Assembly: GCA_030637655.1 (NCBI GenBank)
Contig: DAOWGI010000012.1
Location: forward strand, 1-26,740
Length of the DNA stretch: 26,740 nucleotides
From: a candidate division FCPU426 bacterium
Lineage (GTDB): Bacteria; Oederibacteriota; JAAXVQ01; JAUVAV01
Direction of reading: 5' to 3'
Shown here: piece after piece, positions 15,106 through 23,702 of the stretch
Numbering within the stretch: position 1 is the stretch's first letter
Layout of the letters: every line of letters starts with the position of its first letter
The notes under the pieces: model-generated
Database searches by the model: none
What the model saw: only the letters and a program-made list of their open reading frames with translations
What the model was told of the DNA's origin: nothing
Translations under genes and position numbers: made by a program

Positions 15106-17271
15106 ATGTCAAAATTGAGATTTAAGAATTATGGCGGCAGTTATCAGCTTAAAATCCAGGATGCTCAGGATCTGGAGAAAGTGCAATTTCTGGATGAGGT
15201 TTACTGGGCTGCTACCAGTATTCCAATTGATAGTCTGGACTGTGATCAGGCCTTGCCGGCATATCTGGATACGGATAAAAACCGCCGGATCCGGCCAGGA
15301 GAGTTAAAAGCGGCGCTGGCCTGGGTGTTTCGATTGCTTGCCAATCGAAGCCGTTTATCCCAGGGAACGGATGTCTTATGCCTGGGGGATATAAATACCG
15401 ATGATCCTGAAGGCCAAAGGCTGTTAGGTGCTGCCAGACTTATCTTAGCCAATCTTAATACTCCCGAGGCGACGGAGATAAATCTGGCCCAGGTCAGGGA
15501 TGTGCAAAGTATTATGGCCAGGGCGGCGAATAACGGCGATGGCATTATTCCACCGGATGCAAGTTCCAGTCCCGATTTAAATCAATTTATTGCTGTTGTT
15601 ATGGATACCATAGGTTCTGTTTTGGATGCCGGCGGCAAACCCGGAATCAGTCAAAAGCAACTTGAAGATTTTTTTAAGGCAACGGAAGCCTATCTGGAGT
15701 GGAAAGACCGGGGCGAAATTCCTCCGGGGCAGACTGCCCCCGAAATAATGCCTTGGGGCCTTGAAACCTCGCAAGCTTTTGAATTGGTGGCGGGCTTGGA
15801 AGAGAAAATTGAGCAATTTTTCACCCAGTGCTTAATGGTGAAGTTTGATGAGCGAACCGCGGCGCAGATGCAGCTTCGCGAGCCGGAACTGGAAGAAATC
15901 GATTTTTCGGATAAAGCCGTAATGGAAGCCCGGCTTAAAGCGAGTCCCCTGGCCCTGCCTAACCCGGAAGGTATTTTGGATTTGCAGGGCAAGATCAATC
16001 CTTTGTATAGGGACCAATTACAGGAACTGCAAACCAAGGTTCTCAACCGCGCCCTGGGAGGCCCGGTCAAACAGCTTACGGAAAAAGCCTGGGCACAGGT
16101 AAAGGACATTTTTGGGCCGTATCAAACCTGGCGTAAAAACAAACCATCGACTAGCATAGATAAAATTGAAGCAGACAAGCTCCGGGTTTATCTTAAGGGG
16201 TCTTTTAGGGAACAGGTAACTCAGCTGATGGCCCAGGATTTAAAAGTGGCTGAAGATATAAACCAGCTCCATAATTTAGAAAAGCTTATCCTATACCAAA
16301 GATGGCTGCTGGAGCTGGCCAATAACCTGGTAAGCTTTGCCAATATTTATGACCCCCAGCGCCGGTCCCTTTTTGAAAGGGGAACCTTGATAATTGCCGG
16401 CAGAGAAATCACCTTTACCATGAAAGTTCAGGATAGGCAAGCCCATAAAAGCATAGCCAAGCATAGTTATATGTACCTATTGTATGTTGAAATTACCGGT
16501 CGCCAGGATCAAGATATTAAATTTGAGATCATGGCTTCAGTGACTTCCGGTAATGCTGATGGACTAAGCGTCGGAAAGCGGGGAATATTTTTTACTTTAG
16601 ACGACCGGGAGTGGGATGCCGAAGTAGTAGACATAATAGTCAACCCCATAAGCCCCTGGGAATCCGTGAAATCGCCTTTTCAGAAAGTTAGTGATTTTGT
16701 AAAAAATCAGATAGAGAAATTCACCAAATCCCAGCAAGCTAAACTTGATAAAAGCCTTAGTTCTTCAGATGCCGGTGGTATGATACGTAATCTTTTACTG
16801 GTAGGAGGCGTGACAATCGCAGCTCTGGGCTCGGCTTTTGCTTATATTACCAAGGCACTTTCCCAGGTAAGAATAAATCATATTCTGGTAGCTTTATTAG
16901 GCGTGGCCGCCGCGATTTTATTGCCGGGTATAATTGCGGGTTTTAGCAAGATACGCAAACGGAATATGAGCGTGCTGTTGGAAGCATCCGGCTGGGCGGT
17001 AAATGCCCGTATGCGGTTAAATGCATCTTTAGGGCGGCTTTTTACCCATGTTCCTCATCTGCCTAAAGAGGCATATAAAGAACGAAAAGACGTGGTGGCG
17101 CAGTTTGTAAAACAATTTACATATACTCCCAGGAGCTCAAAAAGACTAACCACGCTGGTTTTAATTGGTATTCTTATGGTAATAGGCTTGATAATATTGC
17201 TGCTTGTTCACCCGGAATTCAATTTGTTGGAGATATGGTCAAACCTTGTATTCGGAAAAATTGATAACTGA
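15106..17271 (+). CDS. Large hypothetical protein with EF-hand-like loop, helical middle and three C-terminal TM helices
   Basis: DTDKNRRIRPGE EF-hand pattern; NNGDGII; hydrophobic hairpin plus terminal TM; RBS AAGGGAG 7 nt before ATG 15106. Confidence 0.85.
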   Translation: MSKLRFKNYGGSYQLKIQDAQDLEKVQFLDEVYWAATSIPIDSLDCDQALPAYLDTDKNRRIRPGELKAALAWVFRLLANRSRLSQGTDVLCLGDINTDDPEGQRLLGAARLILANLNTPEATEINLAQVRDVQSIMARAANNGDGIIPPDASSSPDLNQFIAVVMDTIGSVLDAGGKPGISQKQLEDFFKATEAYLEWKDRGEIPPGQTAPEIMPWGLETSQAFELVAGLEEKIEQFFTQCLMVKFDERTAAQMQLREPELEEIDFSDKAVMEARLKASPLALPNPEGILDLQGKINPLYRDQLQELQTKVLNRALGGPVKQLTEKAWAQVKDIFGPYQTWRKNKPSTSIDKIEADKLRVYLKGSFREQVTQLMAQDLKVAEDINQLHNLEKLILYQRWLLELANNLVSFANIYDPQRRSLFERGTLIIAGREITFTMKVQDRQAHKSIAKHSYMYLLYVEITGRQDQDIKFEIMASVTSGNADGLSVGKRGIFFTLDDREWDAEVVDIIVNPISPWESVKSPFQKVSDFVKNQIEKFTKSQQAKLDKSLSSSDAGGMIRNLLLVGGVTIAALGSAFAYITKALSQVRINHILVALLGVAAAILLPGIIAGFSKIRKRNMSVLLEASGWAVNARMRLNASLGRLFTHVPHLPKEAYKERKDVVAQFVKQFTYTPRSSKRLTTLVLIGILMVIGLIILLLVHPEFNLLEIWSNLVFGKIDN

Positions 17272-17441
17272 TCGGCCGGTAACCGATTACTGATACAGCG
17301 CAAATGCTGTCCAGTAGTCTGTCAGGCGGAGTGTCAACCTCAGTTTATAGATTCTTACTGGATATACAGACTAGGGTGTTATTTTTAGTGTTTTAATTCT
17401 CAAATTTGTGCTTTTTATGGCAGAAAATTATTCGCCGTAAA

Positions 17442-17600
17442 AAGCGCAAAGAATTTCTTTTGACAGGATAACAGGATTGATAGGATTTATTTAAAATCCC
17501 GTATATCCTGTTGATCTTGTCAAATATTTTCGGTTCCAGCTTGTCCGGGTTAGGGTAATTGTATTTTATCTTTACAAGATAATGCATAGCGATGATGAAT
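17442..17600 (+). repeat. 159-bp direct repeat, copy 1
   Basis: Matches 18693-18851 with 3 mismatches; contains the GACAGGATAACAGGAT hairpin and the GGTTCCAGCTTGTCCGGGTTAGG motif. Confidence 0.95.
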
Positions 17601-17674
17601 AGACATTATATACATGCCTATGTTTCTAGTGGTGCCGCTTAGCTGGAAAGTAATTGTTTTTCGAGGGAAATATA

Positions 17675-17700
17675 GGAACAGGTGCCAGCCACATTTTTTT
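17675..17700 (+). repeat. GAAC(A/T)GGTGCCAGC(C/T)AC-Tn short repeat, copy 1 of 4
   Basis: Other copies at 18852-18877 (+), 19198-19220 (-) and 19522-19544 (-). Confidence 0.9.
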
Positions 17701-17908
17701 CACCGGCTTGAAAGCTCGGAATGAGGCGGCTAACGTATTAAAGAAAAGAGGAAATAAAACCGAAAATATTAATAAAATTTAGTTGTTTTGCAGAACAGTA
17801 GTGCGGATCAAAATTCCGCATCTGAGATACAAATGATCAAGCGGGAGCCTTATGCCGAATCAAAAAGGACGAACGGACCCGCTCATATTCCATTTGGAGG
17901 TAAAATCA

Positions 17909-18475
17909 ATGAACCAGGAACCTGCAATTAAAGGGATAGCACTCATAGGAATTAAAAAATTCATTCTGCAGGAACACGGCGAGAAAAATTTGGAGCATTT
18001 TATGGAAAGATTCACGAAGGAAGAACTGCTTATAATCGGAAAGGCGTTGTCGCCGGTTACCAGGGTGCCGGCTTCGCTTTATCGGAAAATTTATAGCGTC
18101 GTCAAGGAACTATTCGGACAGGGCAGGGGCGAATATTTCAGTGAAATTCATGAGTATGTGGCGGAGGAAAATCTTAATTTATTCATGCGGGTTTTTCTCA
18201 AAATCGGCGCCCCCGGGTGGTTTGCCAACAGCGCTCCTCGGCTCTGGAAACATTTATTTGAAAGATGCCAGCTCGTAAAAGTCGCCGATACTAAAAAATC
18301 CTATGACTTTGCAATCGAAGGAGCAGAGGCCTTTGGGGAGTCTATCTGCTTTGGAACAATAGGATGGGCGCGCAAGGCCATAGAGTTATCCGGTGGAAAG
18401 AATTGCCAAGTCAGCCATCTGGAATGCATTAATAGAGGCGGCAAACGATGCTTGTTTCATGTGCAATGGGATTGA
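17909..18475 (+). CDS. V4R/H-NOX-like (DUF2378-like) small ligand-binding protein
   Basis: IKG near the N-terminus; C-terminal GW....IELSGGK...V.H.EC...G...C.F.V.W; RBS GGAGGT before ATG 17909. Confidence 0.7.
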   Translation: MNQEPAIKGIALIGIKKFILQEHGEKNLEHFMERFTKEELLIIGKALSPVTRVPASLYRKIYSVVKELFGQGRGEYFSEIHEYVAEENLNLFMRVFLKIGAPGWFANSAPRLWKHLFERCQLVKVADTKKSYDFAIEGAEAFGESICFGTIGWARKAIELSGGKNCQVSHLECINRGGKRCLFHVQWD

Positions 18476-18550
18476 CATGCCGGGCAAGCCCGGAGTCTTT
18501 GACATATTCCAAAAGCTATGGTCGACGGCGTCTGCGAAGGCGGATAAAAA

Positions 18551-18589
18551 AACAGGAACACAACACTGATGCTGTGTTGTGTTCCTGTT
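18551..18589. repeat. Perfect 16-bp hairpin (terminator/REP-like)
   Basis: AACAGGAACACAACAC-TGATGCT-GTGTTGTGTTCCTGTT; a related partial inverted copy lies at 24405-24430. Confidence 0.8.
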
Positions 18590-18692
18590 GACTATATTTA
18601 GAAGCGGCCGTGTTTGCGGCCACGCCGGGATTTTGTAAAATGTCTTCCTTTTTCGTAAATTTCCATTTTTTCCATTTGTCAAAAAAGGTGCC

Positions 18693-18877
18693 AAGCACAA
18701 AGAATTTCTTTTGACAGGATAACAGGATTGATAGGATTTATTTAAAATCCCGTATATCCTGTTGATCTTGTCAAATATTTTCGGTTCCAGCTTGTCCGGG
18801 TTAGGGTAATTGCATTTTATCTTTACAAGAGAATGCATAGCGATGATGAATGGAACAGGTGCCAGCCACTTTTTTTT
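18693..18877 (+). repeat. 159-bp direct repeat copy 2, fused directly to short repeat copy 2
   Basis: 18693-18851 matches 17442-17600; 18852-18877 matches 17675-17700; the 74 bp at 17601-17674 are absent here. Confidence 0.95.
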
Positions 18878-19183
18878 CATAAAGTTAAAGCTTTATGCCA
18901 AGGGTATTGGGATAATATAAAAACCAGTATTCGCAAATCGATTTTAAATGATCCGGAAAAAAATTATCACGAAATTGTTAAAAGCTTTAAAACAGGCGGG
19001 ATTAGAAATTATTATGTTTTAATCGCAAGGGAAAAAATTAAATTTCTGTATGAGTTGGACGCAGCAAACCCGAAATATCAAAGACTTAAAGAGGTTTTTG
19101 AACATTATTATCAATCGCTTAACCAGGAACTGCTGCAAAATAAAATTGAGGAATTAACAAAAGAAATCGATCAGCTTAAGTAA
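18878..19183 (+). pseudogene. 3' fragment of an unknown AT-rich gene ending in a coiled coil
   Basis: Open for about 100 codons to TAA 19183, but the only upstream ATG (18833) lies inside repeat DNA. Confidence 0.55.
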
Positions 19184-19195
19184 ATAGTTACTATT

Positions 19196-19282
19196 TCAAA
19201 AAAGTGGCTGGCACCAGTTCGCCAGCAGGAGAAGCAGGGCGGGTACGCCAACGATGGCACCGAAGATGGTCACTCTTTTCAC
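19196..19282 (-). pseudogene. 5' fragment of a secreted/membrane protein gene truncated by the short repeat
   Basis: RBS GAGGAGGG, then GTG 19282: MKRVTIFGAIVGVPALLLLLA, which runs into the repeat at 19220 and stops at 19196. Confidence 0.5.
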
Positions 19283-19655
19283 CGATTCCCTCCTCGATCT
19301 ATCTGTCTTTTAGTAAACATACCTATTTTTCTTACAGTATGCTTAAAATATTGTCAAGAGCCGAGACATCGCTTGTCGCTCCAACTCCTAAATAAAAAAT
19401 CACCATGCTATTTCCCGTGAACAATCGCGATTTTTTCGGGTCCACGGTCATCTCCAGCCGCTAAAAAGCTCCTAAAAACTTCCAGTGCCGGCTCTTTTGC
19501 CTTTCCCATGGCTCCCAAGGGAAAAAAGTAGCTGGCACCAGTTCTACTGTCGTCAGCGATCTTGATGGGAAACCCTTATTTTCAATCACTGAGGGGTGTA
19601 ATATTGATTTTAGGCCGATTGATATTCCCCGATTTTTTCCTGCCTTGCACTGTTA

Positions 19656-19749
19656 GTTTGGACAGCCAAAGCTGAAGACATCATTGCAAAACACAGTCGC
19701 GCGAAAGCGATGCTGGATAAGGCACAAACAGCGCGAGACACTACACTAG
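19656..19749 (+). mobile_element. IS630-family right-end remnant
   Basis: Translates VWTAKAEDIIAKHSRAKAMLDKAQTA, recalled as a typical IS630 transposase C-terminus, followed by GACACTACACTAG. Confidence 0.75.
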
Positions 19750-20192
19750 TAATTTTTCAGATAATGCAAGAACAAAGTTACACGGTCTCGAATGACAGTT
19801 GTACGATACGCACCGCGTGATAGGACAGCAGAGCTGCCAAAATTCTTGGCCGTCCAGTTTTTCGCAATAAAATCAAACTCTGAGTCTCTGTACTTAACCC
19901 AGTTTCGTTGCGATTGTTTAATTTTAGCCTGCTGCTCAGTACCCAGTTTGGCTATTAATGACTTGTACGCCTCATTTAACTCTTTATCCAAAAACTGCTC
20001 ATAGTCCGCGTATGCCTTCAGAGAGTCCTGAGTGGTCTTTGCATGCTGATGAATCGCCACTTCAAATACAAGCGTCCGCTGCTGAAAATCAGTGACATAA
20101 TCCGGGACGTCAGGATTATCGCTAGCACGGCATGGCGCAGCAAAACCTGCCAGCAATAACGTGATATAGAATATTGCAATTATTTTTCCCAT
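19746..20192 (-). CDS. Secreted LprI/DUF1311-family (lysozyme inhibitor-like) protein
   Basis: Signal peptide; LDKELNEAYKSL...IKQSQRNWVKYRDSE; RBS GAGGTGG before ATG 20192. Confidence 0.88.
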   Translation of the reverse strand: MGKIIAIFYITLLLAGFAAPCRASDNPDVPDYVTDFQQRTLVFEVAIHQHAKTTQDSLKAYADYEQFLDKELNEAYKSLIAKLGTEQQAKIKQSQRNWVKYRDSEFDFIAKNWTAKNFGSSAVLSRGAYRTTVIRDRVTLFLHYLKNY

Positions 20193-20648
20193 TTTTACCA
20201 CCTCAAGCAGATATTTTTCGAATATATTTTCCATTCAGCATATCCCCTGTTAATCAACCCGACAGTGAGTACACCTTGGGACTTATTCTACGCTTTCCAG
20301 ACGGACTCCGAATTTTTGTGCCCGGTTTTAGCAGTTGGATCATTAACGAGTTTCAGGAAATCCATCCATACTAATGTTGTAAATAAAGCTAACCAGTGCA
20401 TCACACCGGTTCTGATTCAACAGCGACGCAACTTTTGATGCAGCACTAACCTAGGGAGACAAATCAGTCATGAATCTATTATAGCTGACAGGTAATTGCT
20501 TTTCTATGAGAATATAGCAAAAATTTGGGAATAGGAAGACGAATTGACTCATATTAAATGTTAAATATTAAATGTTACCGAAGGCTGAAATGCCTATAAC
20601 CGGATGGCATTCGTTGACTCATAAAGGATGTTACCGAATGTTTTTTTT

Positions 20649-20680
20649 GTCATCCCCGAATGTTTTTGTCGGGGATATGG
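20649..20680. repeat. GTCATCCCCG-type half palindrome
   Basis: GTCATCCCCGAATGTTTTTGTCGGGGATATGG; same style as the 4760 and 26598 clusters. Confidence 0.7.
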
Positions 20681-20682
20681 TT

Positions 20683-20820
20683 TCACATCATCAAATCACA
20701 GTATAAATCCCGCTATTCAGGATTATTCTTTTCAAGCAACGCAGTTTTCCATGCTCTGTTCCATTTCTTGAGCTGTTTTTACCTTGATATAGTACTGTTT
20801 ATATTTTCTGTATCTTAAAC
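20683..20820 (-). pseudogene. GIY-YIG nuclease (UPF0213-like) C-terminal remnant
   Basis: *DTENINSTISR*KQLKKWNRAWKTALLEKNNPE*RDLYCDL matches the recalled family pattern AI.REKQLKKW.R.WK..LIE..NP.W.DL, with in-frame stops at 20713, 20779 and 20815. Confidence 0.85.
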
Positions 20821-20913
20821 CTCAATATTGATTTTTCCCAAACTACCAGTCAAACTGATAATGGCAGTGAATATATTGACAGTTGGAACGCTAAAGAAGA
20901 TAATTCCTCCTGA
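20821..20913 (+). pseudogene. rve/DDE integrase-core transposase fragment (IS481/IS3-like)
   Basis: LNIDFSQTTSQTDNGSEYIDSWNAKED contains the TDNGSE(Y/F) second-Asp motif. Confidence 0.6.
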
Positions 20914-21004
20914 TCTGGATGCTCTTTTGGCTTACAAATTACAAAATAATGCTTCAGGGGAATAGGATGTTTCTTCCTATTCCCATAGATTTTTATAATT
21001 CAAA

Positions 21005-21033
21005 TTGACATTTAATAGATAACCTTTTATGTT
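21005..21033 (+). promoter_or_regulatory. Putative sigma70 promoter
   Basis: TTGACA-17 nt-TATGTT upstream of RBS AGAGGAG and ATG 21071. Confidence 0.6.
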
Positions 21034-21070
21034 AAGAGAGTGTTAAAAACAGCGGTATAGAGGAGCAGCC

Positions 21071-22303
21071 ATGTTTGAAACTTTAGCGGAAACTTTACCC
21101 CAAGAATGGCAGGGACTGTACCAGTTGTTGATTCTACCGGTGCTCTGGATCCCCAGCGTGCAGGCGCACATACTTGCCGCTTCCTGGACAGGGAACTATT
21201 CAAATTTTATCATTTTGAAGCGTATTTTTATCTTGCTGCCGGCTTTGTTGGTTATTGCCGGCATCTGGATCAGCATGCTGGGTATATACACAGTGCCGTT
21301 TCGCGCCAATCGCATCCACTTTATTGCCGCCCTGGCACTGAATTGGTGGGACGCTTTAAAGTCCATTTGGTTGTTTGTCATCGGTATTTTCCGCTTTTTG
21401 TTTCTGTTATTTGGCTGGTTTTGGGGCTTGCTGGTTATGTCTTTCCGCTTGGTAGTGCAATTTATTAGAGAACTGATTCTTTTCCCGTTTAAAATCGGCT
21501 CGCAGTTTTCCAGCAAGTACTTTCAGCCCGGGGTGCCGTGGCTGGCCGTGATTTTGACGATCTTCTGGTCTGCGCTGGAAGCCGGTATTTTCACCTATAC
21601 CTTAATGCCGCTCTTATCCGAAGTATTAAGCGACTTAGTGGGCATAGAAACCCATAAATTTTTGCCGCCAATATTGTTTATGTTTTTGTTCCTGCTGATC
21701 TCCGGCAGTTTTGCCTGTATCCAAGTGTTGACCGAGGCCATAGAGCGCAAGCAGTTCAAAGCGGTTATCCAGATGCTCTTGGTGGAATTCTTTGTCATGT
21801 TCTTGGAAGTTTTCTTCTTGTACCGCGAACTGGTGGACGCGGTGACGCCCTGGATTGCCCAACATACTGATGAAAGTTTTCGCATGGGCTTATATTCCAC
21901 CTTGTTGTTTTCCACCTTTGGCTGGCTGGGTATTCGGGGAATGACCTGGTTCTTGTTTGGCCGCTATGGTACGCCCTCGCTTTTGGCCATCATGTCCCGC
22001 CAAAAACTGCATGGCGCTGAAGTGATTGAGGAAAGGCCAAAGGAACAGGAAATGCTGTGGATTAAGAAAATCGTAGAGACCTTTAAAAATGATATTGAGT
22101 GGTTCAAGCAAAACGGTCAAGCCTTGGCTGAATTGGCGATCCTGCCGATCGTGCAATTATTGGCAGTGGCGATTAATTTCTGCATTATTTTAGTGGCCGG
22201 CCAGGCTGTTTTTCAATTGCCGTTTAAAAGTATGGCTGAGGTTATGAGCACCAAGGAAATTTTGGAAAAACTGGCCTTGAAAAAGAGCAAATACTCCAAG
22301 TAA
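21071..22303 (+). CDS. Hypothetical polytopic membrane protein
   Basis: 410 aa, roughly 7-9 hydrophobic segments, strong RBS; no family recognised. Confidence 0.88.
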   Translation: MFETLAETLPQEWQGLYQLLILPVLWIPSVQAHILAASWTGNYSNFIILKRIFILLPALLVIAGIWISMLGIYTVPFRANRIHFIAALALNWWDALKSIWLFVIGIFRFLFLLFGWFWGLLVMSFRLVVQFIRELILFPFKIGSQFSSKYFQPGVPWLAVILTIFWSALEAGIFTYTLMPLLSEVLSDLVGIETHKFLPPILFMFLFLLISGSFACIQVLTEAIERKQFKAVIQMLLVEFFVMFLEVFFLYRELVDAVTPWIAQHTDESFRMGLYSTLLFSTFGWLGIRGMTWFLFGRYGTPSLLAIMSRQKLHGAEVIEERPKEQEMLWIKKIVETFKNDIEWFKQNGQALAELAILPIVQLLAVAINFCIILVAGQAVFQLPFKSMAEVMSTKEILEKLALKKSKYSK

Positions 22304-22312
22304 GGGAGCCCT

Positions 22313-23098
22313 ATGCGAAACCATATTCTGAAATCCGTGACTATCTTCATGCTGTTGGCAGTTATGACTACCTGTTTGACCGGGTGCCCGGTGGATCCTG
22401 AACAGGAATCCCGGCGCGGCCGCATGACCTATTTTATTGGTATTGATGTCAGCGGCTCATTTCGGGCCAGACCGGAGTTCAGAGATGCCTGCAAGTTTTT
22501 GGCACATTATATTTACGCCCACATTCATAATTTGGGAGGATTGAAAAAACCTAAAGCCCTGTTTGTGAGTTCTATTGGCGGAGATTATAAGGATGATCCG
22601 CAGGTTTTTCGCACCATATTTGATTTTCAAAACCAGAGTATAGCCGGGATCGAAAAAAGCCTGCTCGCTTGGTACGGCGAGAAAGACCGGCTCACGGATT
22701 TCAACACTTTTTTCAAATCCGTGGCCAAGCAGGTTAAAAAACGAAATCTCATCTTATCTCCGGTTACGGTGATTATTGTCAGCGATGGAATTCCGGAAGG
22801 CGTGAAAATTAGAAAAGGCAAAAAAGGCAAAGCTTCTTATTCGAAAATTAAGCTGGATCCCATGGAGTACTTGGCCCGCAATGTGACCGTGCGTTTACTT
22901 TATGTGGCTCCCAAGGTAGGGAAGAATTGGGAGGATTTTGTGACCCGAAGACGTGTCCGCTTATGGATCGCGCCGTTGGAAGTCATGAAAGGCTGGAAGA
23001 AACAATTAGTCTCAGGCAAACCCATTGAGGAGCAAGAGAAATTTTTTGAATGGGTCAAGTACAATGTGGATTACCGTGTGCGGGTAAAAAGGTTTTAA
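22313..23098 (+). CDS. Lipoprotein with vWA/MIDAS-like domain
   Basis: Lipobox LTGC (Cys25); FIGIDVSGS (DxSxS), TDF, VIIVSDG; RBS AGGGGAG; 9 nt after the upstream stop. Confidence 0.8.
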   Translation: MRNHILKSVTIFMLLAVMTTCLTGCPVDPEQESRRGRMTYFIGIDVSGSFRARPEFRDACKFLAHYIYAHIHNLGGLKKPKALFVSSIGGDYKDDPQVFRTIFDFQNQSIAGIEKSLLAWYGEKDRLTDFNTFFKSVAKQVKKRNLILSPVTVIIVSDGIPEGVKIRKGKKGKASYSKIKLDPMEYLARNVTVRLLYVAPKVGKNWEDFVTRRRVRLWIAPLEVMKGWKKQLVSGKPIEEQEKFFEWVKYNVDYRVRVKRF

Positions 23099-23346
23099 TT
23101 GACATCCAAATCTCCCGGCCTATATGAAAAAATATTTTAAGCACATTGTCCGGTCCGGTCGAGGGCAGCTGGTTCACATCTCCCACCGGAATAAAAGTGG
23201 CGCCGGCGCTTAAAATAAGTAAATACTTAATGAGTAAAAATCAGGAGAGAAAAAAGCAGCTTCTTTTTCATTCTTTCCAACTGGACCAAGCTCATCCGAG
23301 AGTGTACAATTTTCAAAAGCGTTAGCGTAGCTTTGAGGGGCAGGAC

Positions 23347-23691
23347 ATGAAAAAGAAATTTTTAACTAAAGATAGAATTTTGTTCAGTGCTTTATTTATT
23401 GGTATACTGGTTGTGCAGCTCGTCGCTCTGTTGATTATGAATCAGATGCAAATAGAACTTTCCGTGCGTGCTGCCCAAGCCATGAAGTATGGATTCCGCT
23501 TGGCGCAAGTAGCGGTTTTTTTCTGGTACGGATATCAGACTGTTTTAAAAGTGCGCTGGATTTGGATATTTGCGTTTATGACCATTGCTGCTCCGTATTT
23601 GAATAATATTGCCTATGCAGTGCTTTTATTTCAAAAAACCAAAAAAGAGAATAGTGAAGACCAGACCGAAGCGTCCGCGGAAGCTATTTGA
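23347..23691 (+). CDS. Small hypothetical membrane protein
   Basis: 3-4 hydrophobic segments, acidic tail, RBS GAGGGG. Confidence 0.75.
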   Translation: MKKKFLTKDRILFSALFIGILVVQLVALLIMNQMQIELSVRAAQAMKYGFRLAQVAVFFWYGYQTVLKVRWIWIFAFMTIAAPYLNNIAYAVLLFQKTKKENSEDQTEASAEAI

Positions 23692-23702
23692 TATATCAAA
23701 GG

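Noticed and set aside
17281-17375. Alternative stem-loops after the 723-aa gene
   Set aside because: Short imperfect stems, no second copy in the window and no clear U-tract; not assignable.
17393-18880. ORFs 17393-17587 and 18386-18880 sharing YPNPDKLEPK
   Set aside because: Their similarity is just the translated 159-bp repeat.
17675-19544. CRISPR interpretation of the four 23-26 bp repeats
   Set aside because: Mixed orientation, spacers of 300 to about 1150 bp and no cas genes.
19550-20460. Complete integron or cassette array
   Set aside because: No intI gene and no full paired attC site; only a possible half site.
451-23098. Calcium-themed cluster (antiporter, EF-hand, MIDAS)
   Set aside because: The genes are many kb apart in separate transcription units; probably coincidental.
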